A stretch of 63,966 nt of DNA, filler included, from Actinomycetota bacterium (GTDB taxonomy: Bacteria; Actinomycetota; CADDZG01; JAHWKV01; JAOPZY01), in NCBI GenBank assembly GCA_025963875.1. It is 6 parts of 6 records of this genome, joined end to end, with 100 filler letters (N's around TTAATTAATTAA, not from the genome) between each part and the next. Parts side by side here need not be neighbours in the genome. Positions count along the whole stretch, not along the records: positions 1 to 5,990 come from JAOPZY010000016.1; positions 6,091 to 20,138 come from JAOPZY010000026.1; 4 more parts are not named here. The stretch is one strand, 5' to 3'. The notes beneath the pieces were generated by a model. The model searched no databases. It was not told the origin of the DNA and saw nothing but the letters and a program-made list of their open reading frames with translations. The position numbers and the translations under genes are program-made. This document shows, piece by piece, positions 1 to 9,887 of the stretch (the stretch's first letter is position 1; the number at the start of each line of letters is the position of its first letter).

Positions 1-1735
1 CCAGCGGGGCCCCCAGCTGGACCGAGTCCCCCGCCTTGACCTTCAGCGTCTTCACCTGGCCGTCCCGGTTGGCGACGATCATGTTCTCCATCTTCATCGC
101 CTCCAGCACGAGGACTGGCGCCCCCACCACCACCATCGCCCCTTCCTCGGCGAGGACGCGCAGGATGGTGCCCTGCATCGGCGCCGTGATGGTCTCGCCG
201 ACGCCGGCGTGGCCCCCGCGGGCGCCGGGTTCCGGAAGGTGCGGCTTCTTGCGCTCGGCACCCGGGTGCTCCCAGAGCCGGATGGCGAACCGCTTGCCCG
301 ACAGCTCCACGGTCACGTCCCGGGCTCGGCGCTCGCCGGGGCTCGCCGCGCCGGGCGGCAGGCCCGAGAGGTCGATCGAGGTCTCGACCGTCGACGTCGA
401 GAAGTCGCCCCGTTCGAACCAATCGGCCCAGGCGACGAGGCGGTGGAACGGGATCGTCGTGGCGACGCCTTCCAGGCGGTATTCGTCCAGGGCGCGCCGC
501 ATGCGCTGGATCGCCTCGGTCCGGTCGGACCCGTAGCAGATCAGCTTGGCGACGAGCGAGTCGTAGAACTCGGAGATCGTCGTCCCACGCCTGGCCCCGG
601 CATCCACCCGGATGCCCGGGCCGCCCGGCTCCCGGTACTGGGTGATCGTCCCCGGCGACGGCATGAAGTTGCGGGCCGGGTCCTCGACGTTGATCCGGCA
701 CTCGATGGCGTGGCCCCGCATCGACACGTCGTCCTGGGTGAAGTGCAGCGGCCTGCCCTCGGCCACCCAGATCATCTCCTTCACCAGGTCGAGGCTCGTG
801 ACGAGCTCGGTGACGGGGTGCTCGACCTGCAACCGGGTGTTGAGCTCGAGGAAGTAGAAGCGGGTTCCCGCCTTGGTTCCCGTGGGGGCCTCTTCGAGCA
901 GGAATTCGGCGGTCCCGACGGAGAAGTAGCCAGCGTGGTGGCAGAGCTTCACCGCAGCCGCCCCCATCTGCTCCCGAAGCTGGGCGCCCACCACCGGCGA
1001 CGGCGACTCCTCGAGCAGTTTCTGATGGCGCCGCTGCAGCGAGCACTCACGCTCGCCGAGGTGCAGGACATGGCCGTGGGCGTCACCGAGGACCTGGATC
1101 TCGATGTGCCGGGGCTTGTCGAGGTAGCGCTCGAGGTAGAGGTCGCGGTTGCCGAAGGCGACCCCGGCCTCCCGCGCGGCGCTGTCGAAGGCCGGCCCTG
1201 CCTCGGCAGCCGAGCGGACCACACGGAAGCCGCGCCCGCCGCCGCCGTGGATGGCCTTGATCGCCACCGGCCACCCGTGCTCGGCGGCGAACGCGTCGAT
1301 GTCCTCCGGCCCCGATGCCGGTTCCAGGGTGCCGGGGACCGTGGGGACGCCGGCAGCAGCCGCCACCTTGCGGGCGGAAACCTTGTCGCCCATCGCCCGG
1401 ATCGCTGCGGGGGGCGGTCCCACCCAGATCAGCCCGGCGTCGAGGACCGCCTGGGCGAACGTGGGGTTCTCGGCGAGGAAGCCGTAGCCGGGATGAACAG
1501 CGTCGGCCCCCGCCTTGTGGGCCACATCGACGATGCGGCCGATGTTGAGGTAGCTCTCCGCCGGAGGGGCTTCCCCGACGTAGTAGGCCTCGTCGGCGAA
1601 GCCCAGGTGGAAGGCGTCGCGGTCGATCTCGGAATAGATGGCGATGGAGGTGATGCCGAGTTCCTTGCAGGCGCGGAAGATGCGCACCGCAATCTCGCTA
1701 CGGTTCGCGACAAGGAGTCTGGTGATGCTGGGCAC
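1..1735 (-). CDS. bccA: Acyl-CoA carboxylase biotin carboxylase / biotin carboxyl carrier fusion subunit (3' end cut by window edge)
   Basis: Manual translation from GTG 1735: LLVANRSEIAVRIFRAC, HPGYGFLAEN, and biotinylation motif EAMKM near the window start. Absent from the ORF track because it runs off the edge. Confidence 0.92.
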   Translation of the reverse strand, partial: MPSITRLLVANRSEIAVRIFRACKELGITSIAIYSEIDRDAFHLGFADEAYYVGEAPPAESYLNIGRIVDVAHKAGADAVHPGYGFLAENPTFAQAVLDAGLIWVGPPPAAIRAMGDKVSARKVAAAAGVPTVPGTLEPASGPEDIDAFAAEHGWPVAIKAIHGGGGRGFRVVRSAAEAGPAFDSAAREAGVAFGNRDLYLERYLDKPRHIEIQVLGDAHGHVLHLGERECSLQRRHQKLLEESPSPVVGAQLREQMGAAAVKLCHHAGYFSVGTAEFLLEEAPTGTKAGTRFYFLELNTRLQVEHPVTELVTSLDLVKEMIWVAEGRPLHFTQDDVSMRGHAIECRINVEDPARNFMPSPGTITQYREPGGPGIRVDAGARRGTTISEFYDSLVAKLICYGSDRTEAIQRMRRALDEYRLEGVATTIPFHRLVAWADWFERGDFSTSTVETSIDLSGLPPGAASPGERRARDVTVELSGKRFAIRLWEHPGAERKKPHLPEPGARGGHAGVGETITAPMQGTILRVLAEEGAMVVVGAPVLVLEAMKMENMIVANRDGQVKTLKVKAGDSVQLGAPL

Positions 1736-1927
1736 CCGCGCATCCTAGCGACCTCGCATGCCCCTGAGGAGGCGGAAATCGGAGAGGGTAGACGGGAGCC
1801 GCTCAGGCCAGGGCCGGCCAGGGAGCCGACCATAGCGGCGGCGGGGGCCGGGCTCTGCGAGGGACGATCACTCGCCGGAGAGCCGCAATACCTGGCCCGG
1901 TCCTGGACGCCTGAGCGACACCACAGC

Positions 1928-1983
1928 TGGTACCCCTGAAAGGATTAGAACGCTCCTCCTTTCCGCCCACTGAGTTTGAGCCG
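1928..1983 (-). pseudogene. Degenerate 3' half of a tRNA (Leu-CAA-like) remnant
   Basis: Minus strand reads GGCTCAAACTCAGTGGGCGGAAAGGAGGAGCGTTCTAATCCTTTCAGGGGTACCA: CAA anticodon-like loop, T-loop-like GTTCTAATCC and a CCA end. No recognisable D-arm or acceptor 5' strand. Confidence 0.4.
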
Positions 1984-2014
1984 CGAGGAGGCAAAAGTCC
2001 ATAGGCCATAACGA

Positions 2015-2791
2015 TTATTCCTGGGACACCCGGATGTCGGAGGGGTCCGGCACCCGGCTCGTGGCCAGCCCTTCCGCCCGGACGAATCCGGCGAGCACGA
2101 CGGCATCCCGAAGGGCGCAGGCCCGGCCGTCGTTGTTGAAGTACGCATAGATGGTGGCGTCCGGCCCCCACTGCTCCCGGAGCAGGTGCGCCCAGCCCTT
2201 GAGCTGCTCCGCGCGGTAGCAGGGGTGCGGCGTGTCCTCGCCCTCGTGGAAGCGGAGGTACGTCCAGTCCGCCGTCCGCCACACGGGGCTGCGACGGGAC
2301 AGGCTGTCGGCGATGCAGAGGGCTGCCCCGTGGTCGGAGAGGATCCGGCGGGTGGTGTCGTCGAACCAGGAGTCGTGGCGGAATTCGACCGCCGTCCGCA
2401 CCGAGGTGAGGAGCCCGAGGGTGCGAGCGAGGGCCTCGTGCTCGGCCTCGAGGTTCGGGGGCAGCTGGAGGAGGACCGGGCCCAGCTTGGGGCCCAGTTG
2501 CCGTGCCCGCTCGAGGAATCGGGACACCGGTTCCTCAGGATCGTTGAGGCGCTTCAGATGCGTCAGGTAGCGGCTCATCTTCACGGCGACGACGAAGTCG
2601 TCCGGCGTCCGCTCCGCCCACGTGCGGAACGTCGTTGCCTGCGGGAGCCGGTAGAACGTGTTGTTGACCTCGACCGTCTGGAAGCGGGCGGCGAAGTACT
2701 CGAGCCAGCGGGCGGCCGGCACATCCGGCGGGTAGAAGGTGTCCCGCCAGTGCCGGTACTGCCAGCCCGAGGTCCCGATCATGCACGGCAT
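2015..2791 (-). CDS. DUF72 (YecE/YunF-like) TIM-barrel protein
   Basis: Motifs IGTSGWQY, VEVNNTFYRLP, LLQLPP, AVEFRH, YLRFH, YAYFNND. Start placed at ATG 2791 inside the longer ORF. Confidence 0.9.
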   Translation of the reverse strand: MPCMIGTSGWQYRHWRDTFYPPDVPAARWLEYFAARFQTVEVNNTFYRLPQATTFRTWAERTPDDFVVAVKMSRYLTHLKRLNDPEEPVSRFLERARQLGPKLGPVLLQLPPNLEAEHEALARTLGLLTSVRTAVEFRHDSWFDDTTRRILSDHGAALCIADSLSRRSPVWRTADWTYLRFHEGEDTPHPCYRAEQLKGWAHLLREQWGPDATIYAYFNNDGRACALRDAVVLAGFVRAEGLATSRVPDPSDIRVSQE

Positions 2792-2801
2792 GAGGGAATC
2801 C

Positions 2802-3398
2802 CTACCCAGCGTGGAGCCGGGCGGCCACCTCCCGCGCGGAGGTGAAGCGCATGCTGGGGATGCCGACCCGCTGCGCCCCTGCGACGTTGTCGGGCCGGTC
2901 GTCGACGAAGAAGGCTTCGCCCGGATCGGCGCCGAGCTGTTCCAGGACCGCCCGGTAGGCACGGGGATCGGGCTTCGCGACGCCGAGCCGGCAGCTGTAG
3001 AAGCGCCGCCCCACGGGCTCCATCCACGGCAGCCGGTCGATGGCCGCAGCGAGGCCGGAGGGTGCATTCGACAGCAGGGCGACCGTGGCGCCGCCGTCGA
3101 GCAGCCGCTCCAGAAGCGCGAGGGTCGCCGGGTCGGGATGCGACCAGCTCCCATGGTCGAGGTCCTCCAGCCGAGCCACCTGATCGGTGCCGAGGGGCCG
3201 GCCGGCCACGGCGCTCCAGTAGGGGCCCGCTTCCTCGCCGAGGTCGAAGGCCTGCCGGTGCGCCCAGTAGGCCTCCCTCCAGCCGGCAGCCTCCGGCCCG
3301 ATCTCCGCACCGAGCGCTTCGATATCGGCGGGGGGTTGCGGCGTCGCGAGGACGCCCCCATAGTCGAGGATGATCAGTCGGGGGGATGTCCCCTTCAG
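2802..3398 (-). CDS. HAD-superfamily hydrolase (probable CTG start)
   Basis: The frame continues upstream of the tracked ORF to include motif I LDYGGVL. Also LLSN, KPDP and FVDD motifs. Confidence 0.85.
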   Translation of the reverse strand: MKGTSPRLIILDYGGVLATPQPPADIEALGAEIGPEAAGWREAYWAHRQAFDLGEEAGPYWSAVAGRPLGTDQVARLEDLDHGSWSHPDPATLALLERLLDGGATVALLSNAPSGLAAAIDRLPWMEPVGRRFYSCRLGVAKPDPRAYRAVLEQLGADPGEAFFVDDRPDNVAGAQRVGIPSMRFTSAREVAARLHAG

Positions 3399-3856
3399 GG
3401 AAGCAGGGTGTTGCTGTCGACGCTGGCCTCGGCGAGCTGGTCGTCGGTCAGGCCCTCCACGGCGCTCAGGTCGGCGCCGCCGAGGTCGGTCATCGCGAGG
3501 TCGGCCTCCGCCAGGTTGGCGTCCCGGAGATCTGCCCGGGCGAGGCTGGCGTCCCGCAGGTTCGCCCCCGTCAGGTCGGCACCGGTCAGGTCGGCGCCAC
3601 CGAGGTCCGCCTCACTCAGGTCGGCGCCGCTGAGGTTGGCATTGCTCAGGTCGACCCTCGTGAGCACCGCGGCGCTCAGGTCGGCGCCACTCAGGTCCGC
3701 GCCACTCAGGTCGAGGTCGTTCAGCGACTGCCCGGAGAGGTTGCAGCCGCTCATGTCGGCTTCCCGCAGGACCTTGCCCCGCAGGTTCTCGCCTCTCAAA
3801 TCCTGGCCACTGAGGTCACTGCCCGCCACGCGCACTCTCCTTCTCGATCCCGTCAT
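3395..3856 (-). CDS. Pentapeptide repeat protein
   Basis: Tandem A(D/N)L(S/T/R)x repeats over about 120 aa. Confidence 0.9.
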   Translation of the reverse strand: MTGSRRRVRVAGSDLSGQDLRGENLRGKVLREADMSGCNLSGQSLNDLDLSGADLSGADLSAAVLTRVDLSNANLSGADLSEADLGGADLTGADLTGANLRDASLARADLRDANLAEADLAMTDLGGADLSAVEGLTDDQLAEASVDSNTLLP

Positions 3857-3928
3857 GGTTGTTCCCGGAAGCCCTGATCCTACCGCCCACCGGGCCATTG
3901 TCGGCCCCTGGGATTAGGATGCGAAGCC

Positions 3929-5035
3929 GTGGACCGAGTGGGGATCGTGGCGACGGGCCAGGTCGGATTCACCTCGATCAGCCCAGGTCTTTCCTACAAG
4001 GAGCTGGTGTTCGAGGCCGCGATGCGCGCCTACGCCGCGGCCGGCCTCGACCCCCGCCGTGACGTCGACTCCTTCGTCTGCGCCTCGGAGGACTTCCTCG
4101 AGGGGACGAGCATCTTCGACGAGTACGTCCCCGACCAGCTCGGAGCGGCACAGCGTCCGGTGCAGACGGTGGCCGCCGACGGCCTGGTCGCCCTCGCCAC
4201 CGGGGTCATGCTGATCCGCTCTGGCGCGGCCCAGGTGGTGGCGTGCGAGGCCCACTCGAAGGCGTCGGACATCGTCACCCTGCCCGACATCCTCGCCTTC
4301 GCCCTCGACCCGGTCTTCGAGCGGCCGCTGGGGGTCCACCCCTGGTTCGTGGCGGGCCTCGAGATGACAAGCTTCCTCGCCGGCGGGACCGCGACGATCG
4401 AGGACTGCTGGGAGGTTGCCGCCACCAACCGATGCCGCGCGTTGCTCAACCCGTCCGCCGCCTATGCCCAGACGATGACCGCCGGCGACGTCGAAGCCTC
4501 GGCCCTCGTCGCCGATCCCCTCCGCGAGCTCGACTGCCCCCGGACGGCCGACGGGGCAGTGGTCGTCGTGCTGGCCGCGGAGGAGCGGGCGAGGTCCCTC
4601 TGCCCGCTGCCGGTGTGGGTCGACGGCATCGGCTGGTCGACCGAGACGCCGTCGCTCTCGTCAAGGACGTGGGGCACCGCCGAGTACGCCCGGCGGGCGG
4701 CGGAACGGGCGTACGCCCAGGTTGGCATCACCGACGCGGGGGCCGAGGTCGACGTCGCCGAGGTGGACGACACGTTCAGCTACAAGCAGCTCCAGCACCT
4801 CGACGCCTTGGGACTGCGTGGCGCCCCGACCGTGGTGAACCCCTCCGGGGGCAGCCTCGGCCGCGGGTACCTCTTCGAAGCCAACGGACTCGCCAGGGTG
4901 GCCGACGTGGTCGCCCAGCTCCAAGGCCAGGCCGGAGCCTGCCAGATCGACGGCGTCCGGCGTGGCCTCGCCCAGTCGTGGCGCGGCGTCCCCACCTCCA
5001 GCGGTGCCGTCGCCGTCTTGTCGATGGACGCCTGA
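3929..5035 (+). CDS. Thiolase-fold protein (SCP2-thiolase-like), first of a pair
   Basis: Motifs DGAVVVVLA, DVAEVDDTFSY, VNPSGGSLGRG. Confidence 0.85.
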   Translation: MDRVGIVATGQVGFTSISPGLSYKELVFEAAMRAYAAAGLDPRRDVDSFVCASEDFLEGTSIFDEYVPDQLGAAQRPVQTVAADGLVALATGVMLIRSGAAQVVACEAHSKASDIVTLPDILAFALDPVFERPLGVHPWFVAGLEMTSFLAGGTATIEDCWEVAATNRCRALLNPSAAYAQTMTAGDVEASALVADPLRELDCPRTADGAVVVVLAAEERARSLCPLPVWVDGIGWSTETPSLSSRTWGTAEYARRAAERAYAQVGITDAGAEVDVAEVDDTFSYKQLQHLDALGLRGAPTVVNPSGGSLGRGYLFEANGLARVADVVAQLQGQAGACQIDGVRRGLAQSWRGVPTSSGAVAVLSMDA

Positions 5036-5038
5036 GCG

Positions 5039-5990
5039 ATGGGTCGCCGGGTCGGGGTGGTGGGGGCGGGGATGACCCGCTTCGTCCGGCGGTCGCTCGA
5101 GACCGGCAAGGAGCTCGCCTGGGAGGCGGCCCGCACCGCGCTCGACGCCGCCGAGCTCACCATGGACGACATCGACGCGGTCTGCATCGGCACGGCCCCG
5201 GACGCCTTCGACGGCGTCCACATGAAGGGCGAGTACCTCGCCAATGGGGCCGGCGGCTGGAACAAGCCGGTGATCCGCTCCTACGTCGGCGGCGGCACCG
5301 GCGTCTTCTGTGCCGTGCAGGGCTGGTACCACGTCGCCAGCGGCATGTTCGACCGGGTGCTCGTCGTCGCCGAGGAGAAGATGTCCTCGACGATGCCCCA
5401 TGCCCAGGGTGCCTTCATCACCATCTTCGACAACATCACCGAGCGCCCGCTCGGGCCGAACCTGCTGTGGATCTTCGCCCTGGAGATGAACCGCTACATG
5501 AACGCGTACGGGATCGAGAAGGCGGACATCGCGCGGGTGGCGGTCAAAAACAAGCGCAACGCCGCCGGGCATCCCGCCGCCCAGCTCGGGCAGGCGGACA
5601 TCACCGTCGAGGACGTCCTCGCCTCCGAGGTCCTTGCCTGGCCGGTGCAGCGCCTCGATGTGTCGCCGGTGTCCGACGGTGCGGTCGCCATCGTCATGGC
5701 CGCGGAGGACGTGGCGTTGCGGTCCTGCGACAAGCCCGTATGGGTCGAGGGCGTGGGATGGAACCTCGACACCGCCTACTGGACCAACCGGGACCTCGCC
5801 TACCCCGCCTACGTCGAGCGGGCGGCCAGGATGGCCTACGACATGGCCGGCATCACCGAGCCACGGCGCCAGATCGACATCGTGGAGCCCTACGACCCCT
5901 TCGACTACAAGGAGCTGCACCACCTGGAGGGCCTGCTGCTCTTCGACAGGGGCAAGGCGCCGGAGGCCGCCCGGGACGGCGTCCTGGACC
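5039..5990 (+). CDS. Thiolase-fold protein, second of the pair (truncated by contig end)
   Basis: Motifs VGVVGAGMT, VVAEEKMS, VAVKNKRNA, SPVSDGAVA, EPYDPF. Confidence 0.85.
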
Positions 5991-6090
5991 NNNNNNNNNN
6001 NNNNNNNNNNNNNNNNNNNNNNNNNNNNNNNNNNTTAATTAATTAANNNNNNNNNNNNNNNNNNNNNNNNNNNNNNNNNNNNNNNNNNNN

Positions 6091-6703
6091 CCTCCATGAC
6101 GCCCTGCTCCCGGTGGCCGGGGGCGGGTTTGAGCTCCTCGCCGGTTTGGCCAACGCGGCGGACTGGCCCCAGGTCCGGCCCCAGGAGGCGGCCGAGGTCG
6201 TGGCCGAGCTGCGCAGCCTCCGTGACCACGTGATCGTGAATGTCGGGGCTCAGACGGAGGACCTTCCCCGCCTCGGGGGTGCCGATCGTTACGGCGTCAC
6301 CCGGGAGGTGCTGGGGGCGGCCGACGTGGTCATCGGCGTCGGGGTTGCGACGCCCGTCGGCGTGGCCCGCCTCATCTCCTGGATCGCCGACGTCGTGGTC
6401 CTCGCCCCCGGCACGCCGGTCCACCTGGTGGTCAACAAGGTGCCGGCGAGCCGTTTCGTCCGTGGCGAGGTGGAGGCCGAGATCCTGCGCAACTACGCAC
6501 CGGCATCGCTGCACCTCCTTCCCCTGGACCCCGCCGTCGAGAAGGCTGCCTGGCGCGGGGAGCTCGTCGGGCTGGGGCCGTTCACCAGGGGAGTCGAAGG
6601 CCTTGCGACCGCCGCCTTGGCGTGGCCGGCCCCCAGCGTCCCGGTGCCGAGCCAGCGAGCGGAAACCAAGAGCCCCCTCCGCCGCCGGGGAGGCCGGGTG
6701 TGA
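6091..6703 (+). CDS. CpaE/TadZ-like MinD/ParA-family pilus assembly protein (5' truncated)
   Basis: C-terminal ParA-like segment (LVVNKV) immediately upstream of the TadA ATPase. Confidence 0.65.
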
Positions 6704-8022
6704 ACGCCCCGCCCGACGCCTACGCCTCGATCCGCCGGGCCGTGCTCGATGCGGTCGAGGAGGCCAAGCTCGACCCCCGGTCCGACACCGGGGCGGTGCG
6801 GGCGCTCGTGGTGAAGGCGGTCGAGTCCTACCAGCGGGCTGCCCACGCCGGGACGCTCGCCGCTGGCGGCATGGCCCTGTCGGACCCTGCCGCCATGGTG
6901 GTGCGGGTCACCCAGGCGATCTGCGACTTCGGACCCCTGTCGTCGCTCTTCGGACGCACGGACGTCGAGGAGATCTTCATCGAGGGCGACCGGGTGCTCT
7001 ACCTGGACCAGGGTGGCCGCCTGCGTGGCCTGGCCGCCCCGACCACCGAGGCAGAGAACCGCCAGGTGATCGACCAGCTCCTGTCCCAGACCCAGCGCCA
7101 CCTCGACGCCAAGTCCCCGCTCGTGCAGGCCCGTGTGCTGCAGGGGGCAGCCCGCCTCTCCGCTGCGATCCCGCCGGTGGCCGACCGGCTCTCGGCGACC
7201 CTCCGCAAGTACACCCTCCGCAAGGAGACCCTCCCCTACCTGCTGGAGCGTGGCTCCCTGTCATCCGCGGCGGCGTCGTTCCTCTGGGCGGTGATGCAGT
7301 CGCGCCGGAGCCTCATCGTGTCCGGGCCGCCCGGGGCGGGCAAGACGTCGCTCCTCTCCGCCCTCATCGCCGCCAGCCCTGCCAATCACTGCATCCGGTG
7401 CGCCGAGGAGATCCGGGAGCTGTCGGCGCCCATCACCCACGGTTCGTACTACGAGGCGCGCCCCCCGGCCCTGGACGGCAGCGGCGAGATCTCGCTCCGG
7501 GACCTGGTGAAGTTCCTGCTCGCCATGCGGCCAGACCTCATCGTGGTGGGGGAGGTCCGGGGGGCAGAGGCCTTCGAACTGACCCGGGCGATCAACGCCG
7601 GGTGCGGCTTCCTGTGCACTGTCCACGCCAACTCCGCCCGCGACGCCCTCTCCGCCCTCGTCAACGCGGCGATCATGGCCGGCGAGAACGTCGGCGAGCC
7701 CATCGTCCGCAGGGTCTTCTCGTCTGCCCTCGACTTCGTCGTGCACCTGGACCGCGACGACGTCAACCGCCTCGCCCCCGACGAGGAGGCCCGGCGGCAG
7801 GTGATGGAGGTGTTGGCCGTCGTGCCCGCCATGACCGAGGATTTCTCGACCGAGCCCATCTTCGTCCGGGAGGCTCTGGGCAAGCCGTTGGTGTGGACGG
7901 GGGCGTACCCGCCCGAGGTCGACCTCATCGAGCGGTCGTTGCCCGAGGGGGCCACGATGACCGCCATCCTCGAGGGGCGTATCCAGGCGCCGTTCCCCGG
8001 CTCCCAGGACGTGGGCCGTTGA
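6700..8022 (+). CDS. tadA: TadA/CpaF secretion ATPase
   Basis: Walker A GPPGAGKT, MRPDLIVVGEVRGAEA, GFLCTVHANS. GTG start overlaps the upstream stop. Confidence 0.93.
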   Translation: MNAPPDAYASIRRAVLDAVEEAKLDPRSDTGAVRALVVKAVESYQRAAHAGTLAAGGMALSDPAAMVVRVTQAICDFGPLSSLFGRTDVEEIFIEGDRVLYLDQGGRLRGLAAPTTEAENRQVIDQLLSQTQRHLDAKSPLVQARVLQGAARLSAAIPPVADRLSATLRKYTLRKETLPYLLERGSLSSAAASFLWAVMQSRRSLIVSGPPGAGKTSLLSALIAASPANHCIRCAEEIRELSAPITHGSYYEARPPALDGSGEISLRDLVKFLLAMRPDLIVVGEVRGAEAFELTRAINAGCGFLCTVHANSARDALSALVNAAIMAGENVGEPIVRRVFSSALDFVVHLDRDDVNRLAPDEEARRQVMEVLAVVPAMTEDFSTEPIFVREALGKPLVWTGAYPPEVDLIERSLPEGATMTAILEGRIQAPFPGSQDVGR

Positions 8023-8903
8023 TCCTGCTGGCCTCGCTGGCGGTGGGGCTCGTGGCCTACCTCGCCGTGGGGCTGCTCACGGGCTACCTGCCCCGGATCG
8101 GCACGCGGGTGCAGGTGCCCCGGCGAGGCCGGGTCGAGCGGCAGACGTGGCTGCTGCAGGCGGGCACGGAGCTTTCCGTCGCCCAGTTCGTCGTGGGGTC
8201 CCTCGCGGCGGGAGCGGTCGCCTTCGCTCTGGTCGCTGCGATCACCGGGAGCCCGGTCGTCGCCATCGTGCCGGCCGCAGCGCTCGGCTTCCTGCCCCGC
8301 GCCTATTTCGGCCACCGGCGAGCTCGCCGGCTGTCCGAGCTGCAGCAGGCGTGGCCGGACGGCATCCGCCACATCATCGGCGGCATCCAGTCCGGGATGT
8401 CGCTCAACCAGTCGATTGCCAGCCTCGCGACCAACGGGCCGGAGCCACTCCGCCTCGCCTTCGCGCGCTTCGCCGTGGTGGCTCGGATGGTGGGGGTCCC
8501 CGCAGCGCTGGAGGTCGTGAAGGGGCAGCTTTCGGACTCGACGTCGGACCGGGTGATCGAGGTCCTGCTGCTTGCCCATGAACGGGGCGGGCGCATCGTG
8601 ACCGAGGTGCTGCGAGACCTCGCGGAGGCGACGAGCAAGGACCTGAAGACGATGGAGGAGATCGCCTCCGACCGGCTCGAGCCGAAGATCAACAGCCGGG
8701 CCGTCTTCGCCCTGCCGTGGTTCGTGCTCGTGATGCTCTGCGCCTCGGCGGGTCCCTTCCGGCAGTTCTACAAGACCGCCGCTGGCGTCGTGGTGATCCT
8801 GATCGCAGCCGCGATCAGCCTCCTCGGCATCTGGATCGTCGAGCGACTGTCCCGGGACCCCATGGAGGAGCGGGTCTTCGGCTCGCCGGGGGCGCCGCGG
8901 TGA
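8019..8903 (+). CDS. tadB: TadB-like (T2SS F-domain) membrane protein
   Basis: TM helices, WPDGIRHIIGGIQSGMSLNQSI, HERGG. Directly after tadA. Confidence 0.85.
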   Translation: MILLASLAVGLVAYLAVGLLTGYLPRIGTRVQVPRRGRVERQTWLLQAGTELSVAQFVVGSLAAGAVAFALVAAITGSPVVAIVPAAALGFLPRAYFGHRRARRLSELQQAWPDGIRHIIGGIQSGMSLNQSIASLATNGPEPLRLAFARFAVVARMVGVPAALEVVKGQLSDSTSDRVIEVLLLAHERGGRIVTEVLRDLAEATSKDLKTMEEIASDRLEPKINSRAVFALPWFVLVMLCASAGPFRQFYKTAAGVVVILIAAAISLLGIWIVERLSRDPMEERVFGSPGAPR

Positions 8904-9856
8904 GCGGGCTGCTGCCCGATGGACGGGTCGCCCTGGCGGCGATCCTCGCCGGCGTCGCCGCGGCAGCCGCAGCCGGTCTCATCGTCCGCCCGGCGCCGCG
9001 GCTCGCCTCCCGGGTGCGCCCCTACACGCTGATCCCCCGCTCCCGGCTCGGCCGCACTGCCGACATCCCCAATCTCGCCGGGGAGGAGGCCTGGCTGTCG
9101 GGGGGCACGTTCCGGCGCCTCTTCGGCCCGCCGGTGCTGGCCCTCGCGGGCTGGCTCGGGGGCCTGCTCGATGCCCGCTCCGAGGAGGGGCTGCGGCTCA
9201 TGCTGCGGCAGGCCGGGTATCGCGATCTGAGCCCCGAGGAGTACCGCGTCCGGCAGCTGGGGGCTGCCGCCCTGGGTGCCGCCGCCGGCGTCACGGCGGG
9301 GCTCGTCCTCGCCGGTTCGGCTGCGCTCGTCCTGGTGCTCGGCGTGCTCGGTTTCGTCATCGGCGCCACACGCTGGCGGGCCCGCCTCGACAAGGGCACC
9401 GCCCTGCGGCGGGAGCGGCTGCGGGTCGAGCTCTACACGGTCAATCAGCTCCTCGCCATGCACATCAAGACGGGAGGCGGCCCGATCCAGGCAACGCAGC
9501 GGATCGTCGCCCGGGGGTCGGGGGTGGTGGTGGAGGAGCTGGCGGAGGTGTTGCGGATGATTGCCGGTGGCACATCCCCGCAGGAGGCGTTCGCCCGGGC
9601 GGCCGCACTCACCGCCGAGCCGCAGGCCGCGCGCACCTACGAGCTGCTGGCTTCGGGGACCGAGCGTGGCGCCGATGTCGGGGCGGCCCTGCTCGCCTTC
9701 AGCGAGGACATCCGCGACGACCGCCGCGAGGACCTGAAGAAGGCGGCCACTCGGCGGCGGGCGGCGATGCTCGTTCCGATCATCGCCCTGCTGGCGCCGG
9801 TGATGCTGCTCTTCATCCTGGCGCCGATTCCACGTATCGTGTTCGGGCTGCACTGA
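8900..9856 (+). CDS. tadC: TadC-like (T2SS F-domain) membrane protein
   Basis: TM helices, ERGADV segment, C-terminal TM with a PxxLL pattern. Coupled to tadB. Confidence 0.85.
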   Translation: MSGLLPDGRVALAAILAGVAAAAAAGLIVRPAPRLASRVRPYTLIPRSRLGRTADIPNLAGEEAWLSGGTFRRLFGPPVLALAGWLGGLLDARSEEGLRLMLRQAGYRDLSPEEYRVRQLGAAALGAAAGVTAGLVLAGSAALVLVLGVLGFVIGATRWRARLDKGTALRRERLRVELYTVNQLLAMHIKTGGGPIQATQRIVARGSGVVVEELAEVLRMIAGGTSPQEAFARAAALTAEPQAARTYELLASGTERGADVGAALLAFSEDIRDDRREDLKKAATRRRAAMLVPIIALLAPVMLLFILAPIPRIVFGLH

Positions 9857-9887
9857 GGGGCTGCATTGAGAGGGAACGGGGGAAAGC

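Noticed and set aside
209..1939. 576-aa plus-strand ORF
   Set aside because: Antisense shadow of the biotin carboxylase gene, as expected at high GC.
3430..3800. 15-nt periodic DNA repeats resembling an array
   Set aside because: Explained by the pentapeptide-repeat coding sequence. There are no unique spacers, so it is not CRISPR.
5991..6090. N-run with central TTAATTAATTAA, repeated at 20139, 43385, 52335 and 61361
   Set aside because: Artificial contig linker with stops in all six frames, not a biological repeat. Gene neighbourhoods across it are meaningless.
6240..8903. 887-aa ORF suggesting a giant TadB fusion
   Set aside because: Only the part from TTG 8019 is TadB-like. The rest is an alternative frame over cpaE and tadA.
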